64,000 bases of DNA from an uncultured delta proteobacterium (GCA_963715335.1 CAVQRZ010000005.1:96001-160000), one strand, 5' to 3'. Positions 19,025 through 28,302 are shown, counted from the stretch's first letter. The notes: generated by a model from the letters alone, not told the origin. Numbers and translations are program-made.

Positions 19025-21546
19025 CGTACTTCAATCACGAGCGCTTCGGGCACGACCTGGAGCCGGGCTCCTTCAGGATTGCGGAAGTTAACCCGATTGA
19101 CCTTGAGTTCGGTCTCCCCCGCTGCAATCGGCTTAAAAACCGCGTTGAACAGCGTACCGGAACCGGAAGCCCCTTTGCCGCCCGGTCCCTGCTTGTAACC
19201 CACGATCACTTGTCCCGTAGCCTGGTTGGGGCTGTTGGAGAAGACAGTGGGCTGGCCTCCTTGCTGGAGAAAATCACCTTCGTTGATACTGACCAGTTCG
19301 AGAACAGCAGGATCGTAACCGATAAAGAGCGGCGCACTGTGGAGCTGTTCAACCCCGCTCACCAGCACTGCGACCGTGAACTCCTGTCCCTGTTCGGCTT
19401 GTCCCGGCCCGGCAAAGCTGATGATCGCCGGGCCCGGGCTGGTTGTCTCGGCCACAATCGGCGGGCCGACTTCTTCCTTTGGCTCAAACTGTTCTGTCTG
19501 TACAGCCTCATCGGCAGCTTCAACAGTCGGCGTTGTCTCCTTCCAGGCAGTCATTTCTTCCGGTTCGGCGATCTCTTCCGCAGCAGTGGTCGGGACAGCG
19601 GTCGGTTGCGACGCCATTGCCCCTTCAAGACCTGCCGGAACCGTTTCCCCTGTCATGGCGTGCCCGGATGAGGGCGAGGGAACATTCGCATCCGCCGTGA
19701 CGGACATCGGCGTAATCCCCGGTGCGGCGAGAGGCCTTGTCGCATCAATCTCACTCAGAAACGGCCTGACAAAGGCACCGAAATTCGGGCCGTCTTTCAG
19801 ATTGTCCTCGCCACCCGACCAGATGGTCGCGACATCAACGTCGGGGAGTTCAAGCTTCTTGATGATGTAGGGTGTGATCGACAGGATGATCTCACGCTTC
19901 TCCTCGTTATTCGAGTAGTTGGTAAACAAACTCCCGAGCCAGGGGATTTCGCCCAGAAACGGCAGCGTTGACTTGTTGCTGGTCTTATTGTTTTCGTACA
20001 GCCCGCCGAGGATGGTGCGTGCACCGTCGCGCAGTACCAGGGAGGTTTCCGCATTGGTCGTAGTCAGGGCAATCGGTGACTCCCCGGTTGTGTCAGCGGC
20101 ATTCAGTCTCTCCGCGCTGCTGACCTCCAGCTTGATCTTGGTCAGCACCGTGCCGTCGAGCTGCACGCTCGGTTCGATGTCGAGCTTGATGCCGGAATCG
20201 ACGTACTGGACGTTCTGTGTCGTTGAGTCAGTGTTGCCGATTTGCGTCGTGGTCACGATCGGGTCGCGCTTGCCGATATGGACTTTCGCCTTCTCCTTGT
20301 TCTTGACCCGAATCTTCGGACTCGCCAGAAGCTCGGTCGAATTCAGCGATTTCGCAAAATCGAAGGTGGCTGTGGGGATAGTGTAAAAGGTTTGCAAGCT
20401 ACTCAAACTCGTCGTCAACCCGTCTGTAGAAGCACCTGGGCCGAGGGCATCTTTTTGGATATTGGTGCCGTCCTGGGAAAAGCCGAGGCTGGTACTGTAG
20501 GTGCTCAATTTGGGCCCGAAGTTCAGAGCATCGGTATCCCTCACGCCAAGCACTTCCACATCAAAAAGCACCTCTGAATCAGCACGGTCCGCGGCGGCCA
20601 GGATCTGCTCGGCAAGCCTGATAACCTCCGGTTTGTCACGGATCACCAGGGCGTTGCGCTCTTCGTGGACGTAAATCTTGCGCAGCTGCAACATGGTCCG
20701 CAACAGGTTGACCGCCTTCTTGGCGTCGATGTGCGACAGGTAGAAGGTCTGGATCAACTGGTCTTCGTACTGTTTGGCTTTCTCACGGGATTCGGGATAG
20801 ATGATAATGGTCTTGCTGTTGAGCACCTTCTTGCTCAATCCATTCATCTGCATGATCAGTTCCATCGCCTGGGCGAAGCTGGCTTTTTCGAGGAGGACCG
20901 TAACCTGCTGGCTGCGGATACCTTCATCAAAGATGAAGTTGATCCCGCTCAATTTCGACAGGATGGCAAACACATCCTTGATTTTGGCATCCTTGAAGCT
21001 CAGGGTGATCGGCTCGCCCGAAGCCACGTCCAGTTCAATGCCGTCCATGGAGACCGTATTCTGATCACGGTCCAGCAGATCCTTGATCGCCAGGGCCCGG
21101 GCACTGTTCGGATCCAGGCTCAACGCCTTGTCTATAGCCTTCCTGGCTGAAGCCAGGCTCCTCTTGGTGTAGAAGGCTGCCCCTTCCTCCGCGTACTTTT
21201 GTGCTTCAATGATTTTTCTCAGATCAGCTTCTTCCTGTATCCCGACTTCGATGCTGGGGTCGAAATCCTTGGCCCGTGCGTACTCGGTCAGCGCTTCGGC
21301 GTACTTTCCCGCAGTCCTTAATTCGCGGGCCTGCCTGACATGATATGCTGCAGCACGGGTCCGGGAGGCGACCAGCTTCAGTCTGTAGGTCATGCTCCCC
21401 GGTTCCAGGTCAATCGCTTCAAGATATTTTTCAACAGCCTGATCATAATCCTCTTCGGCGACCAGTTGTTCGGCCTCATCGAATGCTGAGCGGGCCTGCA
21501 TGGCGGAGGTACAGCCTCCGACCCATAACAGTGCGAGCGCCAGCAA
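19021..21546 (-). CDS. gspD: Secretin (GspD/PulQ-like) with N-terminal TPRs and C-terminal cohesin-like domain; lipoprotein
   Basis: Lipobox VGGC, TPR repeats, STN/N domains, secretin core (LASPKIRV, VQYVDSGIKL, LPFLGEIPWLGSLF), a P/A/E-rich linker, then a cohesin-like FTV.V...YDPAVLELVSINEGDFL domain. Confidence 0.9.
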   Translation of the reverse strand: MLALALLWVGGCTSAMQARSAFDEAEQLVAEEDYDQAVEKYLEAIDLEPGSMTYRLKLVASRTRAAAYHVRQARELRTAGKYAEALTEYARAKDFDPSIEVGIQEEADLRKIIEAQKYAEEGAAFYTKRSLASARKAIDKALSLDPNSARALAIKDLLDRDQNTVSMDGIELDVASGEPITLSFKDAKIKDVFAILSKLSGINFIFDEGIRSQQVTVLLEKASFAQAMELIMQMNGLSKKVLNSKTIIIYPESREKAKQYEDQLIQTFYLSHIDAKKAVNLLRTMLQLRKIYVHEERNALVIRDKPEVIRLAEQILAAADRADSEVLFDVEVLGVRDTDALNFGPKLSTYSTSLGFSQDGTNIQKDALGPGASTDGLTTSLSSLQTFYTIPTATFDFAKSLNSTELLASPKIRVKNKEKAKVHIGKRDPIVTTTQIGNTDSTTQNVQYVDSGIKLDIEPSVQLDGTVLTKIKLEVSSAERLNAADTTGESPIALTTTNAETSLVLRDGARTILGGLYENNKTSNKSTLPFLGEIPWLGSLFTNYSNNEEKREIILSITPYIIKKLELPDVDVATIWSGGEDNLKDGPNFGAFVRPFLSEIDATRPLAAPGITPMSVTADANVPSPSSGHAMTGETVPAGLEGAMASQPTAVPTTAAEEIAEPEEMTAWKETTPTVEAADEAVQTEQFEPKEEVGPPIVAETTSPGPAIISFAGPGQAEQGQEFTVAVLVSGVEQLHSAPLFIGYDPAVLELVSINEGDFLQQGGQPTVFSNSPNQATGQVIVGYKQGPGGKGASGSGTLFNAVFKPIAAGETELKVNRVNFRNPEGARLQVVPEALVIEVR

Positions 21547-21569
21547 TAACCACTCCGGCTAAATGAAAC

Positions 21570-22382
21570 TTATTGATTCTTGCCATTGACTTCTCCCTCC
21601 GGGGCATTTTCATCGCCAGGATTTTCCTGCTCCTGTACTGCATCGGGGTCATACTCTTCCAGCAATGTCTCGTCACCTTGAAAATTCTGATCTTCCTGCG
21701 GTGCGACAGGCCGTACAGGCCTGGGCCGAGGTCTTATGGCCCGCGCATTCGCCGGCTGCCTCTCCGGACCAGAATCGCGGGAGATGCTGACCGGGGCACT
21801 GACCGCCGCATTGAGTTTCTGTTTCTCAATCAACTCGATTTCTATCAGCCCCTCGCGCCCCGCATGACGTACTTTCAGAAGCTTGTTGTCGATCTGCTCA
21901 ACCAGGAATTCCTGGCCTGTACCGAAGCGTTCGCCCTGCTTGACCAGGAACAGGTTCCCGCCGCTGGAGAGAAAGACCGTCTTTTCTCCGCCTTTTTCCA
22001 GAAACCCGAGAAAGGTGAATTGACTCAGCGATTTCTGCACCACTTCGACAGGAACTACCTCGCGCACAATAACGGGCACCGGAACTTGCTTTTCAACAAC
22101 CGGGGGCACCGGCTTGATCAAGTGACGCTGGCCAAACCGGAAGATATCACGCTGCGCGCCGGTAAATTCCTGCTGTTCCGCTGTCAGGTAGGTAAAGTCA
22201 ATGCGCCCGCGGGACTCTTTTTCGTCGACCTCAGGTAATTTCTCGCTGACAGCTTGCTTGCCCCCCTGGCCGACCGCCCTTGGAGGAGCCTTTTCCAGGC
22301 GCGGTGTCGCCAGGTATGCATAAACCAGGCAGACCGCCAGAACTCCGAGCAAGGCTCCCAGGATGACGCGTTTGCGATTCAT
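21570..22382 (-). CDS. T2SS/T4P assembly protein (PilP/PulP-like)
   Basis: N-terminal TM, RDIF.F motif, FTFLGFLEKGGEKTVFLS. Lies between pilO-like and secretin genes. Confidence 0.7.
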   Translation of the reverse strand: MNRKRVILGALLGVLAVCLVYAYLATPRLEKAPPRAVGQGGKQAVSEKLPEVDEKESRGRIDFTYLTAEQQEFTGAQRDIFRFGQRHLIKPVPPVVEKQVPVPVIVREVVPVEVVQKSLSQFTFLGFLEKGGEKTVFLSSGGNLFLVKQGERFGTGQEFLVEQIDNKLLKVRHAGREGLIEIELIEKQKLNAAVSAPVSISRDSGPERQPANARAIRPRPRPVRPVAPQEDQNFQGDETLLEEYDPDAVQEQENPGDENAPEGEVNGKNQ

Positions 22383-22951
22383 GTATCGCGCCCTCCCGAT
22401 CGAAAATAGGTTTCCAGTTTCAAGCGCAGGCTGACACCTTTGTCATCAGCACCCTGCAGACCGATCTGTTTGATTGCAATCAACCGGGTCGATTGCTCAA
22501 GGGAGTGGATGAACCTCTTGATCTGATCGTAACCTCCTGCGACATTGAAGTTCAGCTCGAGCCGTAAAAGTTCGCTCTCCTTGAGTTGCGTCGAGCTGTA
22601 ATTAATTCTGGTGATGTTCAGACGGGCGCGACTGGACAGGACCAGCAGCTCCTCGATCAGACCGGTGAATTCCTGGTAATCAGGTATGGACTGATGAAAT
22701 TTGGCAAGGTCCTGAGTCGCCATGAGATACGCTTGTTCCGGGGTGTTCGTCGCCCCCCCCTGGTTGCGCAGCAGCTGCCGGACTTCAGCCTGTCTTTTCA
22801 GGAAAGCGATTTCCTGTTCAGCAACGCGGGGCACAACGAACTGCTCCAGCGCGACGACGAGCAGTAAGTTGATTACAAGCAAGACACCGAGCAGCACCAA
22901 CGAGCTGCGATGGGATCTCCAGAGTTGCCCGGCCAGTTCCTTCCAGCGCAT
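22379..22951 (-). CDS. pilO: PilO/GspM-like inner-membrane platform protein
   Basis: One TM and a ferredoxin-like C-terminus (V.GGYDQIKRFIHSLE). Operon position. Confidence 0.8.
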   Translation of the reverse strand: MRWKELAGQLWRSHRSSLVLLGVLLVINLLLVVALEQFVVPRVAEQEIAFLKRQAEVRQLLRNQGGATNTPEQAYLMATQDLAKFHQSIPDYQEFTGLIEELLVLSSRARLNITRINYSSTQLKESELLRLELNFNVAGGYDQIKRFIHSLEQSTRLIAIKQIGLQGADDKGVSLRLKLETYFRSGGRDT

Positions 22952-23505
22952 CAGAAAGCCTCCCTGATCACGATAGAGAACCCAGTGAGGAGCTGACTGC
23001 TGTTGCCCTGGTCCTGCTTGATTTCGCCATGACTCTGCAGGAAAGCCTGATTCAGGTCCTCGGACGCCAGGAGATTGTCGACGAACCTGGTCAGTGCCGA
23101 GACATCACGGGCAACCCCGGACAGCTGGACCGTGCGCGCCTTGAAATTCGGTTGGATCGAATGAATACTGACATCATCAGGAAGTACACTTTCAAACCTG
23201 CTGAGAAGGTTCGTCCAATGGAACCGGTCGGCATCGACGATCTCGTTTGCAAGCTCAACCTCGTCTTTAACTGCAATCAGTTTTTCCGGGGCGTAATCCG
23301 CCGACGTCCCGTGAATCCCTGCAATCTGATCATTCAATTCATGGAAGCGTTTGTCGAGCATCTGTAGCTGCCGATAGTTCCTGTATCCATAGGAGCCATT
23401 CAACAGCAACAATAGCAGCAGCAGAATACCGAACACCGATAGCCAGAGACGGACGTTCTGGCGATTCAGGTAAGGCTTGCTGGCTAGATTGAGTTTAATT
23501 TCCAT
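22951..23505 (-). CDS. pilN: PilN-like protein
   Basis: IKLNLASKP N-terminal motif, TM, WTNLLSRFESVLPDDV. Start ATG 23505. Confidence 0.82.
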   Translation of the reverse strand: MEIKLNLASKPYLNRQNVRLWLSVFGILLLLLLLLNGSYGYRNYRQLQMLDKRFHELNDQIAGIHGTSADYAPEKLIAVKDEVELANEIVDADRFHWTNLLSRFESVLPDDVSIHSIQPNFKARTVQLSGVARDVSALTRFVDNLLASEDLNQAFLQSHGEIKQDQGNSSQLLTGFSIVIREAF

Positions 23506-23510
23506 AAGTT

Positions 23511-24419
23511 CTACATCATGCGCTCGGCGGCACCGAGGGCCGCAACAACCGAACCGACCGGCTGCAGCCCGCCGGTTCGACCTTCGCCACTGAATCGTTT
23601 CAGGGCCGGGTCCAGGCATCTGACTTCACGATCAAACGCGGAGGACAGCAATTTTTCGTTCTCTGCACCCAAGCCCGGGTCAACATGGGCAAAAACAGCG
23701 CAACGTTTCATCGACGGGAAAGCTTCATAGGCTTCAACAAGGGTGCGGTTGATCTCACGAAAAGCTCTCTCAGGGGTCATCTTGAACTCACGAACACGCT
23801 GATAACAGGGGCTGTGGCCGAGCACATACTGGATCCCGAGGATTCCCTGTTCCAGGCTGACCAGGATGAACTCATCCCCGAGGTCCAACCGAGGCCGGTA
23901 ATAATTGTAAAGGTTCAGCGAATGGAAAGCGATCTGGATTGCATGTCGACCGGCTTCGTTGACCAGATCCTCATACTGCTCGAGAACCGGCCGCGACAGG
24001 GCCGCGACCACACATTTCTGGCGGCCGTCTTCCCGTTTACCAAGAACCTGGTAATCCAACTGGACCTGCGCCGGGGGTGCGGGCAGGTTCGCCTTGAGTC
24101 GCCACTTCAGAATTTCCACACCTTCGTCATGCGTTTTAAAGGGTGCATCGACATCGGTCAGGTAAATACGGCCGGCCCGGTCAGGCAGGCTCAGAGCAAT
24201 ACGCTCTTCCTGGCCGGCCAAAGCATCGACGCCACGACGCAACCCCTCGACAAAGCGACGGGCATCGCGGATGTTCGGCTTACGGCTGGAAGCCTCCAGC
24301 ACACCTTCCAGGCTCTCAAAACGCAAACCGACCAACCGGGTATGCGGCCGATGCCGCTGCAAGACCGCAAAAAAAAGGCCAGCCGGCTGGACATCTACGC
24401 CGACGTAAAACCTGCTCAT
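23511..24419 (-). CDS. pilM: PilM/GspL-like actin-fold protein
   Basis: YVGVDV N-terminus, IALSLPD, VQLDYQVL, AALGAA C-terminus. Precedes pilN. Confidence 0.8.
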   Translation of the reverse strand: MSRFYVGVDVQPAGLFFAVLQRHRPHTRLVGLRFESLEGVLEASSRKPNIRDARRFVEGLRRGVDALAGQEERIALSLPDRAGRIYLTDVDAPFKTHDEGVEILKWRLKANLPAPPAQVQLDYQVLGKREDGRQKCVVAALSRPVLEQYEDLVNEAGRHAIQIAFHSLNLYNYYRPRLDLGDEFILVSLEQGILGIQYVLGHSPCYQRVREFKMTPERAFREINRTLVEAYEAFPSMKRCAVFAHVDPGLGAENEKLLSSAFDREVRCLDPALKRFSGEGRTGGLQPVGSVVAALGAAERMM

Positions 24420-26149
24420 GCCTCCCTCCCCGGCAACTCGACAAAGGTCACACGATTTATTTCCTCGAGCGTCGTGACTCCATTCAACAGTTTTTCCACT
24501 GCCGAATCTCGTAAAAAAGCGGTTCCTGCCGCACGTGCGGCTTCCTTGAGACGGCCGACCGGAGCCTTGTTGATGATCATGTCGCGCAAGTTATCGTCCA
24601 GATCCAGCAGCTCGATAATTGCAGTTCGGCCATGATAGCCCTGGCCATTACATTTTGCACATCCGGTCCCCTTGTAGAAGGCATGCTTCCCGTACCTGTC
24701 GTAATCCAGGCCGGACTCTGTAAAGGCCTGGCGATCATGGGTCACCGGCACTTTACAGTGCTCGCAGATCTTTCTCACCAGGCGTTGCGCAACAACACAG
24801 TTGAGGCAGGAAACAAAATTGTAGGCGTCGATGCCCATGTGCAGAAAGCGTCCGAGGACATCGAAAACGTTGTTGGCATGTACCGTAGTGAAAACCAGGT
24901 GCCCGGTCAATGCCGATTGGACGGCGATCTGGGCCGTCTCCGGGTCGCGGATCTCACCGACCATGATTTTGTCGGGGTCATGGCGCAGAATGGAACGCAG
25001 GCCGCGGGCAAAAGTCAGGCCCTTTTTCTCATTGACCGGAATCTGCACCACTCCCTTGAGTTGATATTCGACCGGGTCTTCGATCGTGATGATCTTTTCC
25101 TGCTCGTTGTATATCTCGGTCAGTGCCGCATAGAGCGTGGTGGTCTTGCCGCTACCGGTCGGTCCGGTCACCAAAACCATGCCGTAAGGCTCGCGAATCA
25201 TCCTCCGGAACCTGGCCAGCTCGTGGCCCTCGATGCCAAGCACATCCAGAGTCAGGCCATGCAGGTCCTTGGCAATACTTTCTTTATCGAGGATCCGGAT
25301 CACAGCGTCTTCGCCAAAGATGCTCGGCATGATGGAGACGCGGAAATCGATCGATTTACCGGCCATGCGGACTTTGAAGCGCCCGTCCTGGGGGATGCGG
25401 CGTTCCGAGATATCGAGGTCGCTCATGACCTTGATACGGGAGATGATCGGCCCCTGGAAACGTCCGTCGAGAGGTTCCGTTGCCCGAAAAAGGACGCCGT
25501 CGACACGGTATTTGATCTGCACTCCATCGAGGTTGCTTTCGATATGGATATCGCTGGCACGCTTGTTCAGAGCATCGAACAGGGTGGAATCGATCAAACG
25601 GATAATCGGGCTGCTGTCATCAGTCAACTTTTCTATCGAGAGGACCTCTTCACCCTTGTCCGTCTCCTTGACCAGCTGCAACTTGAAATCCTCGGAAACC
25701 TCCTGCAAAACCTGTTTCGAGCCATGTAATCGCTCAAGCAGGGTGCCAATCTTGCTTTTGGCTGCAACCTGGTAGGTCAAGCGGAGGTCGAGTTGCATTT
25801 CCAGATCATCGAGATTCGCTACATTGGTCGGATCGGCGATCGCGACAACCAGGCCGTCCTCGGTTTTTTGCAATGGGATAAAATTGTAGCGCACCGTCAA
25901 CTCGGCGGGGAATTCTTCATCCAGCACCGGGTCGGCGACAAATGCGTCAAGGTCGACGTATTCCAGGCCAAACTGCTGCGCCAGGGCCTGGGCCAGCACA
26001 TCGTCCTTGAGCAGGCCTTTGGCAATTGCGGCTTCACCGAAACGCAGACTCAGCTGGCCCTGTTGCTCAAGCACGAGGCGCACCTCCGCCGGCGCAAGGA
26101 CGCCCATTTCAACAAGTATTTCACTGATTTTGCGATGCTCGAACGACAT
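24416..26149 (-). CDS. gspE: GspE/PilB family secretion ATPase
   Basis: [62 protein letters not shown], tetracysteine motif. Start ATG 26149. Confidence 0.95.
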   Translation of the reverse strand: MSFEHRKISEILVEMGVLAPAEVRLVLEQQGQLSLRFGEAAIAKGLLKDDVLAQALAQQFGLEYVDLDAFVADPVLDEEFPAELTVRYNFIPLQKTEDGLVVAIADPTNVANLDDLEMQLDLRLTYQVAAKSKIGTLLERLHGSKQVLQEVSEDFKLQLVKETDKGEEVLSIEKLTDDSSPIIRLIDSTLFDALNKRASDIHIESNLDGVQIKYRVDGVLFRATEPLDGRFQGPIISRIKVMSDLDISERRIPQDGRFKVRMAGKSIDFRVSIMPSIFGEDAVIRILDKESIAKDLHGLTLDVLGIEGHELARFRRMIREPYGMVLVTGPTGSGKTTTLYAALTEIYNEQEKIITIEDPVEYQLKGVVQIPVNEKKGLTFARGLRSILRHDPDKIMVGEIRDPETAQIAVQSALTGHLVFTTVHANNVFDVLGRFLHMGIDAYNFVSCLNCVVAQRLVRKICEHCKVPVTHDRQAFTESGLDYDRYGKHAFYKGTGCAKCNGQGYHGRTAIIELLDLDDNLRDMIINKAPVGRLKEAARAAGTAFLRDSAVEKLLNGVTTLEEINRVTFVELPGREA

Positions 26150-26162
26150 CTCTTGCTCCGGG

Positions 26163-27368
26163 CTACTGTACCGTACCCGCCAACTGGAAAATCGGGATAT
26201 ACATGGCGACGACAATCCCGCCGATCAGGAGCCCCATCGTCATCATCATCAAGGGCTCGACGATCGTCGTCAAGCGATCGAGCCTACGCTCAACCTCGTC
26301 CTCATAATACTCGGACACGTCGGTCAGCATATCAACCAGCGAACCGCTCGTCTCACCGACACCGATCATCCGCAGGGCAATCAGCGGAAAATGACCCGAC
26401 TGTTCCAGTGCTTCGGAGATTTTTGCCCCCTCCTGGATACGATTGACCGCCCCGGAAAGACGTTTCTCCAGGACCCGGTTGTTCAGGGTGCCGCGAGCCA
26501 TCTGCATCGACTGGACAATCGGAATACCGCTGGCCAGAGTTGTCGAAAAAGTCCGGCAAAACGTAGAAAGAGCATATTCATTCAACAGCTCACCGAAAAA
26601 AGGCAGGCGGAATTTGAGACGGTCCACGAGCAGTGCACCACGTTCAGTCCGCGCGTAAGTACGCAGCAGAAAAATTCCAACCACTAAACCTGGCAACCAG
26701 AAGGGGAGGCCCGACACCAGCCCGTTTGCCAGGGCAGTCACCATCCTGGTCAGGAGAGGCAGTTGTACGTTGGCGTCCGCATAAACCTGGGTAAAAGTTG
26801 GAATCACGTAGAGCAGAAGAAACCCAACAACGACCGTAACGGCAATGGCCAGAATCGCCGGGTAGAATGTCGCACTGCGGACCTTCGCCTTGATCGCCTC
26901 GACACGCTTCTGATACTCGATGTAACGCCCGAGGGTTATCGGCAGGTCTCCGGACTGCTCTCCAGCGCGCAGTGAAGCAACGTAGAGTTGAGGGAACAGC
27001 TGTGGAAATTTGCCGAATGCATCGGACAGGGAACTGCCGCCTTTTACATCAGAGCGGATTTCCTGCAAAGCATTCAACAGCCCTCCGGCCTCCATGCGAT
27101 CAACCAGGGTATCAAGGACCTGCAAAATCGGCAGACCGGAACGGATCAGAACCAGCATCTCCTGGTTCAAGGAAAGGAACCGGCGCCCACCTAAACTACC
27201 GCCACCCATCCCTTTGGCAAACCACTGCAGGGAGGATTTGCGGATTCTGAAGACGAAGAAGCCCTGCTCTTCCAGGCTCTCCTGGAGGGCCTCGCGGCTG
27301 GCCGCCTCAAAGTCCTTCTCAAGCACCCGGCCATCGGCAGTGCCAATTTTGCAGCGGTAGGTTGACAT
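26163..27368 (-). CDS. gspF: GspF/PilC family platform protein
   Basis: SGLPILQ, GEQSGDL, ATFYP, GETSGSL, IVEPLMM, AMYIPIFQL. Confidence 0.95.
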   Translation of the reverse strand: MSTYRCKIGTADGRVLEKDFEAASREALQESLEEQGFFVFRIRKSSLQWFAKGMGGGSLGGRRFLSLNQEMLVLIRSGLPILQVLDTLVDRMEAGGLLNALQEIRSDVKGGSSLSDAFGKFPQLFPQLYVASLRAGEQSGDLPITLGRYIEYQKRVEAIKAKVRSATFYPAILAIAVTVVVGFLLLYVIPTFTQVYADANVQLPLLTRMVTALANGLVSGLPFWLPGLVVGIFLLRTYARTERGALLVDRLKFRLPFFGELLNEYALSTFCRTFSTTLASGIPIVQSMQMARGTLNNRVLEKRLSGAVNRIQEGAKISEALEQSGHFPLIALRMIGVGETSGSLVDMLTDVSEYYEDEVERRLDRLTTIVEPLMMMTMGLLIGGIVVAMYIPIFQLAGTVQ

Positions 27369-27425
27369 TAGCCTTGTTATTTAGCACATCTCACCCGCAA
27401 AAATGAATTAAAAACCACTGACTTA

Positions 27426-27582
27426 GTCCTGCCAGGGACGACAAAACGGCCGGGCACAATGACCGGCCGCCAGTCATAGTCTGATCAAGAGATTCACCCA
27501 GGACAGCGGCCGGTTGGGTGCGAAGTCACGGCTCTAGAAAGAGCGGGAGCCATCTCCGGAGGCCATGCCCGGAGGGCAGGCC
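27426..27582. ncRNA. Candidate structured RNA or attenuator upstream of the T2SS operon
   Basis: Several complementary segments and a terminator-like hairpin with an alternative pairing partner. No known family recognised. Confidence 0.3.
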
Positions 27583-27603
27583 AAGGTCAAGTCAACGCAT
27601 CAG

Positions 27604-27642
27604 AAACAAACAAGGCGACTCCATGGCTATCAGGAATCGCCT
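27604..27642 (-). terminator. Intrinsic terminator after the tRNA-Asp/Val/Asp cluster
   Basis: Minus strand AGGCGATTCC...GGAGTCGCCT followed by TGTTTGTTT. Confidence 0.65.
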
Positions 27643-27652
27643 CATCTGAATC

Positions 27653-27729
27653 TGGCGGGGCTGACGGGACTTGAACCCGCGACCTCCGGCGTGACAGGCC
27701 GGCGTTGTAACCGACTCTACTACAGCCCC
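27653..27729 (-). tRNA. tRNA-Asp (GTC)
   Basis: GGGGCTGTAGTAGAGTCGGTTACAACGCCGGCCT-GTC-ACGCCGGAGGTCGCGGGTTCAAGTCCCGTCAGCCCCGCCA. Confidence 0.96.
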
Positions 27730-27747
27730 TTGGTTAAATTGTGAAGA

Positions 27748-27823
27748 TGGTGGGCGAAACAGGGCTCGAACCTGTGACCCTCGGCTTGTAAGGCCGATGC
27801 TCTCCCAGCTGAGCTATTCGCCC
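27748..27823 (-). tRNA. tRNA-Val (TAC)
   Basis: GGGCGAATAGCTCAGCTGGGAGAGCATCGGCCT-TAC-AAGCCGAGGGTCACAGGTTCGAGCCCTGTTTCGCCCACCA. Confidence 0.97.
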
Positions 27824-27834
27824 AAACTTTAAAA

Positions 27835-27911
27835 TGGCGGGGCTGACGGGACTTGAACCCGCGACCTCCGGCGTGACAGGCCGGCGTTGTAACCGACTCT
27901 ACTACAGCCCC
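27835..27911 (-). tRNA. tRNA-Asp (GTC), second identical copy
   Basis: Same 77-nt sequence as 27653..27729. Confidence 0.96.
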
Positions 27912-27921
27912 GCAACAGACA

Positions 27922-27973
27922 GAAAATAGGAAACGCTGTCAGGGGGAAGCCCTCTCCCGCGTTTCCTATTTTC
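27922..27973. terminator. Long hairpin between hup and the tRNA cluster (terminator or processing signal)
   Basis: 15-bp stem GAAAATAGGAAACGC / GCGTTTCCTATTTTC. Confidence 0.5.
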
Positions 27974-28029
27974 AGGGTCTTCACAGCCGATTCCGGACGA
28001 ACCTGAAGCGACTGTATTTCTAGTTTGAC

Positions 28030-28302
28030 TTAGTTGATGGAATCCTTCAAAGCCTTACCAGCTTTGAACTTGGGAACCTTCGCTGCGGGGATATTGATTT
28101 TTGCGCCGGTCTGGGGATTCTGACCGGTGCGAGCAGCACGCTGACCTACGCTGAAAGTACCAAAACCAACCAAAGAGACTTTCTCACCGGCCTTCAGGGC
28201 ATCAGTCACTGCATCCGTGAATGCTTTCAGTGCCTTCTCTGCATCGGCTTTACTCAGTCCCGCCTTCTCTGCAATTGAATTAACAAGATCGGCCTTTGTC
28301 AC
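28030..28302 (-). CDS. hup: DNA-binding protein HU
   Basis: [42 protein letters not shown] and GTG start. Confidence 0.97.
   Translation of the reverse strand: MTKADLVNSIAEKAGLSKADAEKALKAFTDAVTDALKAGEKVSLVGFGTFSVGQRAARTGQNPQTGAKINIPAAKVPKFKAGKALKDSIN

Noticed and set aside
27520..27565. c-di-GMP/c-GAMP (GEMM-I) riboswitch suggested by GAAAGAGCGGGA..CTCCGG
   Set aside because: It lies on the strand opposite the downstream operon and lacks the GCAAA junctions and P2/P3 architecture. Kept only as an unclassified structured region.
27653..27911. Identical 77-bp direct repeat as a possible attL/attR pair or CRISPR-like repeat
   Set aside because: Both copies are complete tRNA-Asp genes flanking tRNA-Val. 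There is no integrase or cargo between them.
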